A stretch of 64,000 bases of DNA from Anaerolineae bacterium. GTDB taxonomy: Bacteria > Chloroflexota > Anaerolineae > Promineifilales > Promineifilaceae. The notes beneath the pieces are model-generated. The model saw only the letters and a program-made list of their open reading frames with translations, had not been told where the DNA came from and searched no databases. The stretch is taken from the NCBI GenBank assembly GCA_026129185.1, contig JAHCIO010000019.1:4198-68197 (forward strand), read 5' to 3'. The position numbers and the translations under genes were made by a program. Below, one piece after another: positions 28,434 through 37,666 of this stretch; the stretch's first letter is position 1; each line of letters begins with the position of its first letter.

Positions 28434-28970
28434 ATGCACCAGACGCTTAACGCAGTCAACGAAAGCACCGCCACCGGGCTGGCGCGACTGGCCCGCTTCT
28501 TCGGCTTCAGCGACATCATGGGCCGGCTCTATGGCACACTGCTGCTCAGCCCCGAGCCGATGTCCCTGGACGATCTCTGCGACCGGTTGCAGATCAGCAA
28601 AGGCTCGGTCAGCATGACCATGCGCGACCTGGAGCGCTGGGGCATGGCCAAAGAGGTTTGGGTGCGCGGCAAGCGGCGCAAGTACTACAAGGCCGAGTCG
28701 GATATGTGGCAGGTGATTCGCAACGTGCTCAGCGGCCGGGAGCAGCGCGAGGTGCAGTTGGCGCTGCACGTGCTAGGCGAGAGCGTCGAGAAGTTGCAGG
28801 CGGCCGAGTGCCAGCTGTCGCCGGAGGAGCAGCAACTGGCGCGCTACTACCTGGATCGCATCGCCGACCTGCAAGCGTTCTTCCAATTCGCCCAGTTGGC
28901 CCTCCACACCGTCCTGGGCAGCGAGAAGTCGCTGGATTTTGAAGCGATTACGCGGATTGAGATTGAGTAG
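28434..28970 (+). CDS. GbsR/MarR-family transcriptional regulator
   Basis: FGFSDIMGRLYGTLLLSPEPMSLDDLCDRLQISKGSVSM..RRKYYKAE. Confidence 0.9.
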   Translation: MHQTLNAVNESTATGLARLARFFGFSDIMGRLYGTLLLSPEPMSLDDLCDRLQISKGSVSMTMRDLERWGMAKEVWVRGKRRKYYKAESDMWQVIRNVLSGREQREVQLALHVLGESVEKLQAAECQLSPEEQQLARYYLDRIADLQAFFQFAQLALHTVLGSEKSLDFEAITRIEIE

Positions 28971-28977
28971 GTAGTTA

Positions 28978-29250
28978 TTATTTGTAGACTTCGCGCCGGT
29001 GCCGAACGTATTCGATAACGATCTGGGCTGCTGGCGCCTGCGGTTCAAGCCGATAAATCACGCGATAATCCCCAACACGCAACTTGTAGTAGCCCTGCCA
29101 AGCGCCGTGCAGGGGAAGCAAGGTGGTAGTATCCAGGTTCTCAGCCAACCATCGGATTCGCTGCACGACCCGTGTGGCCACGGCTCTGTCCAGTTTCGCC
29201 AGGTCAGCCTTCGCCTCTTTGGTGACAAGAACCGGATGCGAAGTTGTCAT
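28978..29250 (-). CDS. RelE/ParE-family toxin
   Basis: AKADLAKLD..LHG..YKLRVGDYRVIY. Confidence 0.9.
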   Translation of the reverse strand: MTTSHPVLVTKEAKADLAKLDRAVATRVVQRIRWLAENLDTTTLLPLHGAWQGYYKLRVGDYRVIYRLEPQAPAAQIVIEYVRHRREVYK

Positions 29251-29471
29251 TCCAATCCAAGTTCGACGAGTACGTCTTGCAGCGATTCCGTTTCCTGATA
29301 ACCGGTAAGTCGCTTTTCAACTGAGCGCTTGAGTTCCATTTCGAATTCCTCGCGAAGCTCTAACCCTTCGTCGGGATCGGCAAATAGGTCGGCCAGGCTT
29401 TCCGTGACTGCCTCGCGAATCAGCGCGCGAAACTCTGCTAAGGTCAAGTCGGCGATTTTCATTTCAGTCAT
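29247..29471 (-). CDS. Cognate antitoxin of the RelE-like toxin
   Basis: Small acidic ORF with a 4-nt ATGA overlap with the toxin. Confidence 0.75.
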   Translation of the reverse strand: MTEMKIADLTLAEFRALIREAVTESLADLFADPDEGLELREEFEMELKRSVEKRLTGYQETESLQDVLVELGLE

Positions 29472-29558
29472 TTGCTCTACCCTGTAGCCCTGTCTTCGCT
29501 AGTCCTTCTTAGTATTATATCACGCTCGCTCAACAGCGAGCCGGCACTGCGAGACTAC

Positions 29559-30104
29559 CTACCGGGCGTTGCGCAGATAGCCCGCCACGCACAGCACCAA
29601 CAACACCAGATAGCCAATGACCACCGTCCAGATGTGGAAGGCAAACCGCCAGTCGCCCGCCGGTAAGAGCCACTGGCCGAGCAAAACTGCCAGCGTGTAG
29701 ACCGCTGCATAGACGGCGATGCGCCGTTTCAGCGGTCGCAGCCGCGCGTCGCCGTCCACGACGATGAGCGGCACAACCACCAGGCAGGCCCAATAGGCGG
29801 CCATGCCCAGCTGGCCGGCGTCGGGGTTGCCCCAGGGGGAGTTGCCGATGAGGAACCATTCGACGCCCAGACCGGCCACGGCCGCCAGGATCACGCAAGC
29901 CAGGAAGGCCGCCCGCCGCGGCAGCAGCCGGAAGAGCGCCCACACCACCACGAACGCCCCGGTCAGATAGACAGCGTTGAAGACCATCGAGCCGAGCAGG
30001 TTGGCCCAGTCGCCACGGATGAAGACCGAGTATTGCAGCTCGCCGACGGCCGCGGTCAGCACGCCAACGAGAACGAACAGAGGCAAACGCAGCCAAACGC
30101 GCAT
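29559..30104 (-). CDS. Hypothetical integral membrane protein
   Basis: Multiple hydrophobic segments; SD GGGAG before the ATG at 30104. Confidence 0.7.
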   Translation of the reverse strand: MRVWLRLPLFVLVGVLTAAVGELQYSVFIRGDWANLLGSMVFNAVYLTGAFVVVWALFRLLPRRAAFLACVILAAVAGLGVEWFLIGNSPWGNPDAGQLGMAAYWACLVVVPLIVVDGDARLRPLKRRIAVYAAVYTLAVLLGQWLLPAGDWRFAFHIWTVVIGYLVLLVLCVAGYLRNAR

Positions 30105-30187
30105 CGATTTCACTCCCATCGCTCGCAGGGTTGCTATCCCATACGCACGACAGGCGAAATCGATGCAGCGGGGCGGGTTGTGGCCGC

Positions 30188-31222
30188 CTAGAATAGCTCG
30201 CGGTTGGCCGACACCCAGTCGTACAGCCGCCGCACACCCTCGGCCGGCGAGACGCGCGGACGCCAACCCAGGAGCGCCTCCGCCCGGCGGATGTCGGCCA
30301 CGAAGACGCGCTGGTCGCCCGGCCGCCACGGGCCATAGCGCACCGGCACCGGCCGCCCGGCCAACTCGGCCAGCAGCGGCCCGAACTCCGTCCAGATCGA
30401 TAGCGTGTTGTCCGGCCCGCCGCCCAGGTTGAGCACTTCGCCGCGCAGGTCGTCGATGTGGTCGATGCCGCGCTGGTAGGCGTCGAGCAGGTCGTCGATG
30501 TAGAGCACGTCGCGCACCTGCCGGCCGTCGCCGTAGATGGCGATGGGCCGGTCGAGGACGGTGGCGATGACGAAGTGGGCCACCCAGCCCTGGTCTTCCA
30601 CGCCGAACTGCCGCCGGCCGTAGATGCACGACTGGCGCAGCACCAGCGTCCGCAGGCCATAGATGCGGGCATAGTCGCGCATGTACTGGTCGCCCGCGCC
30701 CTTGGAGCAGCCATAGGGGGAGTGGAAGTCCAGCGGGAAGCTCTCCGGGATGCCGTGGGGGTAATCGGCGTAGGCGTAGCGCTCGCCGGCCGGGACGATG
30801 CCGACGTGCTCCATGCCGCCGTAGACCTTGTTGGTGCTGGCATAGAGCAGGGCCGCGCCCGGCGCGCCGTGGCGCACCGCCTCCAGGACGTTGAACGTGC
30901 CCAGGGCGTTGCTCTCGAAGTCCTCGCGCGGGTCGGCCACCGACTGGGTGACGGCCACCTGCCCGGCCAGATGCAGCACCACGTCTGGCGGCCGCTCGGC
31001 CACGGCCGAGGCCAGCCGGCCGTCGTCGCGGATGTCGGCCTCCAGGACGCACAGCCGCTCGCCGCCGTGCGTGGCGTGGAGCCAATCGAGGTTGGCCCGG
31101 CCGCCGCGCCGGGTCAGGTTGTCGTAGATGGTCACGGCGTCGCCGCGCCGCAGAAAGTGGTCGGCGGCGTTGCAGCCGATGAAGCCGGCCCCGCCGGTGA
31201 TGAATACGTGTTGTCCGCTCAA
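30188..31222 (-). CDS. NAD-dependent nucleotide-sugar epimerase/dehydratase (CDP-paratose epimerase-like)
   Basis: TGGAGFIG, HLAGQ, STNKVYG, YGCSK, RQSCIYG, GDGRQVRDVL. Confidence 0.92.
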   Translation of the reverse strand: MSGQHVFITGGAGFIGCNAADHFLRRGDAVTIYDNLTRRGGRANLDWLHATHGGERLCVLEADIRDDGRLASAVAERPPDVVLHLAGQVAVTQSVADPREDFESNALGTFNVLEAVRHGAPGAALLYASTNKVYGGMEHVGIVPAGERYAYADYPHGIPESFPLDFHSPYGCSKGAGDQYMRDYARIYGLRTLVLRQSCIYGRRQFGVEDQGWVAHFVIATVLDRPIAIYGDGRQVRDVLYIDDLLDAYQRGIDHIDDLRGEVLNLGGGPDNTLSIWTEFGPLLAELAGRPVPVRYGPWRPGDQRVFVADIRRAEALLGWRPRVSPAEGVRRLYDWVSANRELF

Positions 31223-31304
31223 GTGATTTTCTCTCGCATCGCTCGCCGCGCCCCGCGCCGGGCGATTAAGCTATGTGATTATACAGCCGTCGCCGGCCAT
31301 ACCC

Positions 31305-31850
31305 TTAGCGCCCCCTTTCTTCCGCCTCGACAATCGCCCGTTCCCGTTCGGCCAGCCAGGCGCAGTAGTCCGGCTGCTCGGCCAGGTCGACGGTCAGCAG
31401 CAGGGCGTCCTCGGGCGGGTTGCGGTAGTAGCGGCGGCGCACGCCGACCTCGACGAAGCGGTATTTGGCATAGAGCGCCTGGGCGACGAGGTTGCTGCGG
31501 CGCACTTCCAGTGTGACGAGCAGCGGCTGCAGGGCGCAGGCCAGCAGCAGCAGGTTCAGCAGCAGCCACTCGCCCCGGCCGCGGCCGCGCTCGGCCGGAG
31601 TTACGGCGATGGTGCTGATGTGAATCTCCCCGGCGATGAGCCAGAAGCCGGCAAAGCCGATAAGCGCCTCGCCGCCGGCATCGTCGCGCGCGAGCACCTG
31701 ATAGTGAGCCAGCTGGTTGTCGGTCAACTCATTGATGAAGAGCTGCTCCGTCGCCGGGGTAGGAAACGAGGCGCGGTCGATGGCCAGGACGGCGGGGATG
31801 TCGGCGACGGTCATCGACCGCAACCGGTAGGGCGAAGGCAGAGCCAGCAT
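31305..31850 (-). CDS. rimI: Ribosomal-protein-alanine N-acetyltransferase
   Basis: GNAT motifs RGRGRG, LEVRRSN..A..LY..GVRRRYY; adjacent to tsaB/tsaE. Confidence 0.88.
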   Translation of the reverse strand: MLALPSPYRLRSMTVADIPAVLAIDRASFPTPATEQLFINELTDNQLAHYQVLARDDAGGEALIGFAGFWLIAGEIHISTIAVTPAERGRGRGEWLLLNLLLLACALQPLLVTLEVRRSNLVAQALYAKYRFVEVGVRRRYYRNPPEDALLLTVDLAEQPDYCAWLAERERAIVEAEERGR

Positions 31851-31855
31851 CGTGC

Positions 31856-32515
31856 CTAGCCCGGCTCGCGCAGGTAGAGCGGCGCCAGGTTATCGGCCGG
31901 GTCGGTCTGCTTGCGCTTCCAGCGCCACCAGCCGATCTCGGCCAGCACGGCGGCGCGCCGCACCGACTCGGCCGGCGGGGCAATGACCGCGGCGCGGTTG
32001 GCCCGGCGGATGAGCTTGGCCGTGTTCGCGTCGATCTCGCCGGCGAAGGCGATCGGCAACGCCAGTCGCGCGGCCAACTCTTCCCAATTGGTCAGCATCG
32101 GCTCGCCGACGCGCTCCCAGCCTCGCTTGGCGACCCACTGGTACTGCCCGGCCCAGACGCGCGTGCGGCCGGCCTGGGCGACAACGACCAGATCCGTCTC
32201 CAGCCGGCAGACGGACCGGGCGACGATGTCGAGCGTGGGCACGCCGACGAGGGGCAGGTTGTGGGCCAGCGCCAGGCCCTTGGCCAGCGCCAGGCCGACG
32301 CGCAAGCCGGTGTAGGAGCCGGGGCCAATGGCCACGGCCACCGCGCTCAGGTCGGCCGGGGCGACGCCCGTTCGGCCCCACAGTTGGGCCACGGCCGGGG
32401 CCAGCTCAATGGTCTGCGTGCGCCGGCTACGCCAGCCGAACTCGGCCAGGATGGCCGCGCCATCGTGGAGAGCCAGGCCGATCCAGTCGGTTGCCGTGTC
32501 GATTGCCAGGATCAT
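31856..32515 (-). CDS. tsaB: tRNA threonylcarbamoyladenosine biosynthesis protein TsaB
   Basis: MILAIDTAT, GPGSYTGLRVG, PLYLR. Confidence 0.93.
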   Translation of the reverse strand: MILAIDTATDWIGLALHDGAAILAEFGWRSRRTQTIELAPAVAQLWGRTGVAPADLSAVAVAIGPGSYTGLRVGLALAKGLALAHNLPLVGVPTLDIVARSVCRLETDLVVVAQAGRTRVWAGQYQWVAKRGWERVGEPMLTNWEELAARLALPIAFAGEIDANTAKLIRRANRAAVIAPPAESVRRAAVLAEIGWWRWKRKQTDPADNLAPLYLREPG

Positions 32516-32521
32516 CGTTGT

Positions 32522-33022
32522 TCAGACCCCGAAAGTGTTTTTGCGGAAGCCCGCCAGCAGTTGGGTGGCCCGCGGCCCACCGGCGTTCAAGCGCAGGCGG
32601 CGGCGGGTTGGGCTGTCGTAGCTGAGAGCGATCCACAGCCGGTCGGCCGGCAGCAACGCCAACACGTGCTCCGGCCACTCGATCATCACCGTGGCGTCGC
32701 TGTCGAACAGGTCTTCCAGGCCAACGGTGGCGATGTCGCCGGCCCGCTCCAGCCGGTAGCAGTCGAGATGGTAAAGCGTGGCCCCGTCGCGCGGGCGGGG
32801 GTACTCGTTGACCAGGACGAAGGTCGGGCTGGTGACGCGCAATGGCGTGCCCCAGCCACGGCCGATGCCCCGCGCCAGTGTCGTCTTGCCCGCGCCCAGC
32901 TCGCCGGACAGACAGACGATGTCGCCCGGCGCTAGCAGTTCGCCCAAGCGGATGCCCAGGCGCTCCGTCTGCGCGGTGCTGGTGCTGACGAAATCGAGTG
33001 TCCGGTCGTCGAGAATGGCCAT
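32522..33022 (-). CDS. tsaE: tRNA threonylcarbamoyladenosine biosynthesis ATPase TsaE
   Basis: LSGELGAGKTT, SPTFVLVNEY, HLDCYRL, IEW. Confidence 0.95.
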   Translation of the reverse strand: MAILDDRTLDFVSTSTAQTERLGIRLGELLAPGDIVCLSGELGAGKTTLARGIGRGWGTPLRVTSPTFVLVNEYPRPRDGATLYHLDCYRLERAGDIATVGLEDLFDSDATVMIEWPEHVLALLPADRLWIALSYDSPTRRRLRLNAGGPRATQLLAGFRKNTFGV

Positions 33023-33027
33023 ACGAG

Positions 33028-33200
33028 TGGTCGGTAATCAGTGGCCAGTCAAAAACAGTGGCCTATATCAGGGGACAGTATAACCCAAATCAACCACATC
33101 CTGAAAACAACTGCCCGCCAACCGCCCCGACCTCAGAGGTTTTCTGAAACCTCTGAGGTCTCCCGCCGGCCGCCGGCCACTGGCCACTGTCCACCGTCCA
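33028..33200. repeat. CAGTGGC/GCCACTG heptamer arms with an inner 14-bp REP-like hairpin (33129-33160)
   Basis: GACCTCAGAGGTTT-TCTG-AAACCTCTGAGGTC plus flanking heptamers. Confidence 0.65.
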
Positions 33201-33221
33201 CGATTCCGATATACTCCCCTC

Positions 33222-33953
33222 ATGCGCGTTCTCTTGCTAACCGACATTCATGCTAATCTGGTCGCCCTGGAAGCGGTGCTGGCCGACGCCGAAGGGCAAT
33301 GGGAGCAGCTGTGGTTCCTGGGCGATCTCGTCGGCTACGGGCCGCAGCCGAATGAGTGCGTCGAACGATTGCGGGCGCTGGCGCCGCTGGCTCTGTCGGG
33401 CAATCACGACTGGGCCGTGCTGGGCAAACTCGACGACGAGGACTTTAACAGCGACGCCCGCTACGTGGCCCGCTGGACGCGCCGCGTGCTGACGGCCGAC
33501 AACCGCGACTACCTGAACACCCTGCCGCCCCTGCGTGTCGAACCGCCCTTCACCCTGGCCCACGCCAGCCCGCGCCACCCCGTCTGGGAGTACATCCTCG
33601 ACCTGCCGACGGCGCTGGAGAACTTCGCCCACTTCGACACGTCCTACTGCCTGGTCGGCCACACCCACGTGCCGGCCGTCTTCGCCCTGGACGAGGCGAG
33701 CGGCGGGGTGGACTTCGCCCTCATCGAGCATGGCGACGTGCTCGACCTGAGCCGCCACCGGCTGATCGTCAACCCCGGTGGCGTGGGCCAGCCGCGCGAC
33801 GGCGACCCGCGCGCCGCCTATGCCCTGCTGGACACCGAGGCCATGCGGATGACCTTTCACCGCGTGGCCTACGACGTCGCCGCGACGCAAGCGCTCATGC
33901 GCGAGCAGAAGTTGCCGCGCCGGCTGATCAAGCGGCTGGAACAAGGGCTATAG
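33222..33953 (+). CDS. Calcineurin-like metallophosphoesterase
   Basis: DIHAN, LGDLVGYG, GNHD, HAS, GHTH, NPGGVGQPRD. Confidence 0.92.
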   Translation: MRVLLLTDIHANLVALEAVLADAEGQWEQLWFLGDLVGYGPQPNECVERLRALAPLALSGNHDWAVLGKLDDEDFNSDARYVARWTRRVLTADNRDYLNTLPPLRVEPPFTLAHASPRHPVWEYILDLPTALENFAHFDTSYCLVGHTHVPAVFALDEASGGVDFALIEHGDVLDLSRHRLIVNPGGVGQPRDGDPRAAYALLDTEAMRMTFHRVAYDVAATQALMREQKLPRRLIKRLEQGL

Positions 33954-34031
33954 CGGAACATTTGGCCAGGCGGCAGCGTCCTCTCAACAGAGACGAGCAA
34001 CTGAATGAGAACGCCGTGCAGACAGGAGAGA

Positions 34032-34973
34032 ATGAAGATGAAACGCCGAGTTATCGTATTTGTGGGGTTGCTGTTGCTGGGACTGCTGGTTGTGGCCTGC
34101 GGTGGTGCAACAGGTGTCGAAGTGACACGGACAGCCAGTGAAACGGTTATGGAAGAGGCCGCGCCCCAGGCGTATGACGCCGAGGGCGACTTCAGCATGG
34201 CCGCGGGGTCGGCCGTGGCCGGCCAACCCCCGGCCGATCCGGCGGCGCAGCCCGTCGCCAATCAGGAGCGGCTCATCATCCGCAATGCCGACATGTCTAT
34301 CGTGGCCACCGACACCGAAGTCGCCCTGGCCCAGATCGCCGCAATGGCCACCAACGGCGGCGGTTGGGTCGTCAGCAGCAACGTCTACCAGTCGAGCGAG
34401 ACCAGCAAGACCGGCTACATCCAGATTCGCGTCCCCGCCGAGGGCTTCCAAAGCGTGCTGGACGCCATCACCGGGCTGGCCGTCAGCGTCGAGAGCCTGT
34501 CCACGTCGGGGCAGGACGTGACCGAGGAATACGTCGATCTGTCGTCGCAGCTGACCAACCTGGAGGCGACGGCGGCGCGGGTGCGCACCTTCCTCGACGA
34601 CGCCACGAAGGTCGATGACGCCCTGGCCGTCAACGCCGAACTCAGCCGGCTGGAGGGCGAGATCGCCGTCGTCAAGGGGCGGATGCAGTATCTGTCGCAA
34701 TCGGCCGCCTTCTCGTCCATCACCGTCAACGTCACCCCGGACGAGCTGGCCCAGCCCATCGAGGTCGCCGGCTGGCAGCCCAGGGGCGTGGCCAAGGAAG
34801 CGCTTGAGTCGCTGGTCAATGCGCTGCAATCGCTGGCCAACCTGGTCATCTGGCTGGTCGTGTTCGTCCTGCCGATTCTGCTGCTCATCGCCATCCCGCT
34901 GCTGATCATCTTCCTGCTCATCCGCTGGCTGCGACGGCGGCCGGGGCGAATGGCGAGGCCGCCGGCCGAGTAA
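34032..34973 (+). CDS. DUF4349-domain lipoprotein/membrane protein
   Basis: Lipobox VAC; RLIIRNADMSI, QDVTEEYVDL, IAVVKGRMQYL; C-terminal TM helix. Confidence 0.85.
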   Translation: MKMKRRVIVFVGLLLLGLLVVACGGATGVEVTRTASETVMEEAAPQAYDAEGDFSMAAGSAVAGQPPADPAAQPVANQERLIIRNADMSIVATDTEVALAQIAAMATNGGGWVVSSNVYQSSETSKTGYIQIRVPAEGFQSVLDAITGLAVSVESLSTSGQDVTEEYVDLSSQLTNLEATAARVRTFLDDATKVDDALAVNAELSRLEGEIAVVKGRMQYLSQSAAFSSITVNVTPDELAQPIEVAGWQPRGVAKEALESLVNALQSLANLVIWLVVFVLPILLLIAIPLLIIFLLIRWLRRRPGRMARPPAE

Positions 34974-35057
34974 TAGACTGGCGCTGGGGTGGGTCAGAAA
35001 CCCGCCACGGAACGAGACAAGGAGGTCGGGCGCTGGTTTGCGCCCGACCTCTTTTTG

Positions 35058-35645
35058 TTACCGGCGCAAGAAGCGCTGCCGCAGCACAAAGGCCTGATAT
35101 TGGGCCAGGCCGCTGATGGCCGCGATGGTCAGAAAAAGCACCAGGGGGAAGGCCGCGCCGAGCGTAACCGTCGGATCATCAGTCGCCACACCCAAACCGA
35201 ACAGCGCGCCCAGCCCGAGAACGACGAAGTAGGCGCCGGCCAGGCTGGTGGCGAAGACGGTGACGAGCGGCCCTAACCGCCGGCCAAAGAACCCGCCCAG
35301 CCCCGCGCCGGCCAGGGCCAGGATGCTGCCGAAGAGGCCCAGGTCTAGCCCGCCCAGCCGGAACAGCCCCAGGATGGCCAGCATCAGAACCAGCCCCATG
35401 ACGCCGCCGGCCACGTAGAGAGCGAATTTCACCAGGAAATACAACACTGCCGCCAGGATACCGCCGACGATAATGGCGACGACGATCCGCAGGCCCGCGT
35501 CCAGCCCACCGCCCAGCCACATGACCAGGTAGACGCCCAGAGCGAAGCCGATGAAGGCCAGGGCCAAGCGAAACAACTGGTGGCCATAGGCAGCGATGAA
35601 GATGCCACATAGCAAAACAATCACGCCCCAGAGGATACTGTCCAT
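35058..35645 (-). CDS. DUF4203 (TM7S3/TM198-like) membrane protein
   Basis: Gly-rich multi-TM protein, YGHQLFR..GF..G; SD AAGGAG. Confidence 0.75.
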   Translation of the reverse strand: MDSILWGVIVLLCGIFIAAYGHQLFRLALAFIGFALGVYLVMWLGGGLDAGLRIVVAIIVGGILAAVLYFLVKFALYVAGGVMGLVLMLAILGLFRLGGLDLGLFGSILALAGAGLGGFFGRRLGPLVTVFATSLAGAYFVVLGLGALFGLGVATDDPTVTLGAAFPLVLFLTIAAISGLAQYQAFVLRQRFLRR

Positions 35646-35703
35646 GATGAGTACTCCTTGTGATGTAGTGATGACAACTCGGGTTCTATTGCGCGCTCGT
35701 TCC

Positions 35704-36558
35704 TCAATCAATATCCGGCCCCAGACCTGTTCGCGCCTCATCCCTGACGCGGATGGCGGCGCGGACGGTGGCGACAGTGGCCTGGAAGACGGCCGTGGCC
35801 GACAGCTCCGGTGCGCGCGGCCGGGGCAGGTCGATGGCGAAGCGCTCGGTAATCGTCGCCGGGCGGCCATTCATCACCAGCACCTCGTCGGCCAGCAGCA
35901 CCGCCTCGCCGATGCTGTGGGTGACCATCAGCACCGTCACCGGCCGAGCCTGCCAGATGCGCAGTAGCTCCTGGGCCATGCGCTCGCGCGTCAGGGCGTC
36001 CAGCGCGCCGAACGGCTCGTCGAGCAGCAACAGGGCGGGGTGATGGACGAGGGCGCGGGCCAGGGCGACGCGCTGGGCCATGCCGCCGGAGAGCTGCGCC
36101 GGGTAGCTGCCGGCCTGGTCGGCCAGCCCGACGAGGGCCAGCGCATCGAGCACCTGGGCGGAGGTCTCAAGCGCCGTCGCGTCGTCGCCCGGCTGGGTCA
36201 CGCCCACCCGCCCCAGCGAGTGGCCCGGGCCGGCGTGCATCTCCAGCGGCAGGCGGACGTTCTCGGCCACGGTGCGCCAGGGCATCAGGTTATCGCGCTG
36301 GAAGACGATGCCGATGGGGGCCTCGACGGTGCGCGGATCGTCGCCCAGCAGGCGAACGGCCCCACTGGACGGCGGCAGCAGCCCGGCGATGACGCGCAGC
36401 AGCGTCGATTTGCCGACGCCGGACGTGCCCACCAGGGCCACAAACGCGCCCACGGGGATGTCGAGCGACACGCCGGCCAGCACGTGGTCGCGCCGCCGAC
36501 CGTCGTTGTCGCTGTAGGTCAGCCCCACGTCGCGCAGGGTCAGGAAGTCGGTCGTCAT
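35704..36558 (-). CDS. ABC transporter ATP-binding protein (NitT/TauT/SsuB family)
   Basis: GTSGVGKST, FQRDNLMPWRT, LSGGMAQR, LLLDEPFGALD, VTH. Confidence 0.93.
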   Translation of the reverse strand: MTTDFLTLRDVGLTYSDNDGRRRDHVLAGVSLDIPVGAFVALVGTSGVGKSTLLRVIAGLLPPSSGAVRLLGDDPRTVEAPIGIVFQRDNLMPWRTVAENVRLPLEMHAGPGHSLGRVGVTQPGDDATALETSAQVLDALALVGLADQAGSYPAQLSGGMAQRVALARALVHHPALLLLDEPFGALDALTRERMAQELLRIWQARPVTVLMVTHSIGEAVLLADEVLVMNGRPATITERFAIDLPRPRAPELSATAVFQATVATVRAAIRVRDEARTGLGPDID

Positions 36559-36564
36559 GCCGCG

Positions 36565-37542
36565 CTAGGGCTGGGCGCTCTCGACGAAGTCGTTGGTGTA
36601 GAGCGCGTCGAGGTCGGGCAGCGGCGCTTGCAGCAGGCCCATGGCCAGCAGCAGGTCGTGGGTCTCCTGCCAGGCGGCGGGGTCGCCGCGGCCGAGCTGG
36701 TCGGCGCGCCACAGCTCAATGGAAGCGTCGAGCACGCCGCGCCGGCTGTCGTCCAGCCCCTCGACGTAGCCCTTGCTGATCTCGAACGCGGCGTCGGGGT
36801 CATCGAGCGTGTCGCGCAGGCCGCGCAGGAAGGCGCGCACGAAGCCCTCCACCAACTCCGGCTCCTCGGCGATGGTCTGCTCGTTGGTCATCAGGCCGTT
36901 GGCGACCAGGTTGGCGTAGTCGGCCACGTTGATGACGTTGATGGCCTCGCCGCGCTGGGCCAACTGCACCGGCTCATTGTTGATGTAGACGACGACCGCC
37001 TCCGACTGGTCGGTCAGCAGCGATTCGACCTGGTTGAAGCCGATCTCGTTGGCGTCGATGTCGTCGAGGGTCATGTTGTTGGCGAAAAGCAGGCCGACGA
37101 GGCCGACGTAGCTGGCCCCGAAGAAGCCAGGCACGCCGACGTTGCGGCCGGCCAGGTCGGCCGGCGCGGCGATGCCCGCCGATGCCTTGCTGACGACGGC
37201 GATGGGGTACTGCTGCCACCACTGCATGACGAAGACAACCGGCAGCCCCTCGGCGCGGGCCAGGACGGCCTGCTCGCCGCTGGCCAGGGCGAAAGGCAGT
37301 TCGCCCGCGCCCACCAGAGCGATGCCGTCGGTCTCGAAGCTGTAGTCGAACTCCAGCGCCAGCCCCTCCTCGGCGAAGTAGCCGCGCTCGACGGCAACGT
37401 AGAGCGGCGCGTACTGCGGGTCGGCCACGTAGCCCATCGGCAGGCGGATGGTGCGCAGGGTTTCCGGGGCGGTTGGGCCGGCGCAGGCGGCGAGGAGGAG
37501 CAGGGTAAGCAGGCTCAAGAGTGTTTTCGTTTTAACTTTCAC
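36565..37542 (-). CDS. ABC substrate-binding lipoprotein, NMT1/THI5-like
   Basis: Lipobox LAAC; GYVADPQYAPLYVAVERGYF; GTG start after an SD. Confidence 0.88.
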   Translation of the reverse strand: MKVKTKTLLSLLTLLLLAACAGPTAPETLRTIRLPMGYVADPQYAPLYVAVERGYFAEEGLALEFDYSFETDGIALVGAGELPFALASGEQAVLARAEGLPVVFVMQWWQQYPIAVVSKASAGIAAPADLAGRNVGVPGFFGASYVGLVGLLFANNMTLDDIDANEIGFNQVESLLTDQSEAVVVYINNEPVQLAQRGEAINVINVADYANLVANGLMTNEQTIAEEPELVEGFVRAFLRGLRDTLDDPDAAFEISKGYVEGLDDSRRGVLDASIELWRADQLGRGDPAAWQETHDLLLAMGLLQAPLPDLDALYTNDFVESAQP

Positions 37543-37666
37543 ATCTTCCTCTCTGTCAGACGATAACACAAGCATAGGTTATTGCACAGTGGCCCAAAAA
37601 CACCTGAGGCCTGGGGCATAATTGTGGTATCGTTAGCCCCACACTCAACCCACACGGAGTAAGAAG

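Noticed and set aside
37543-37666. TPP or FMN riboswitch upstream of the NMT1/THI5-like transporter (and upstream of thiD)
   Set aside because: No recognisable TPP (CUGAGA) or FMN consensus; thiD appears leaderless.
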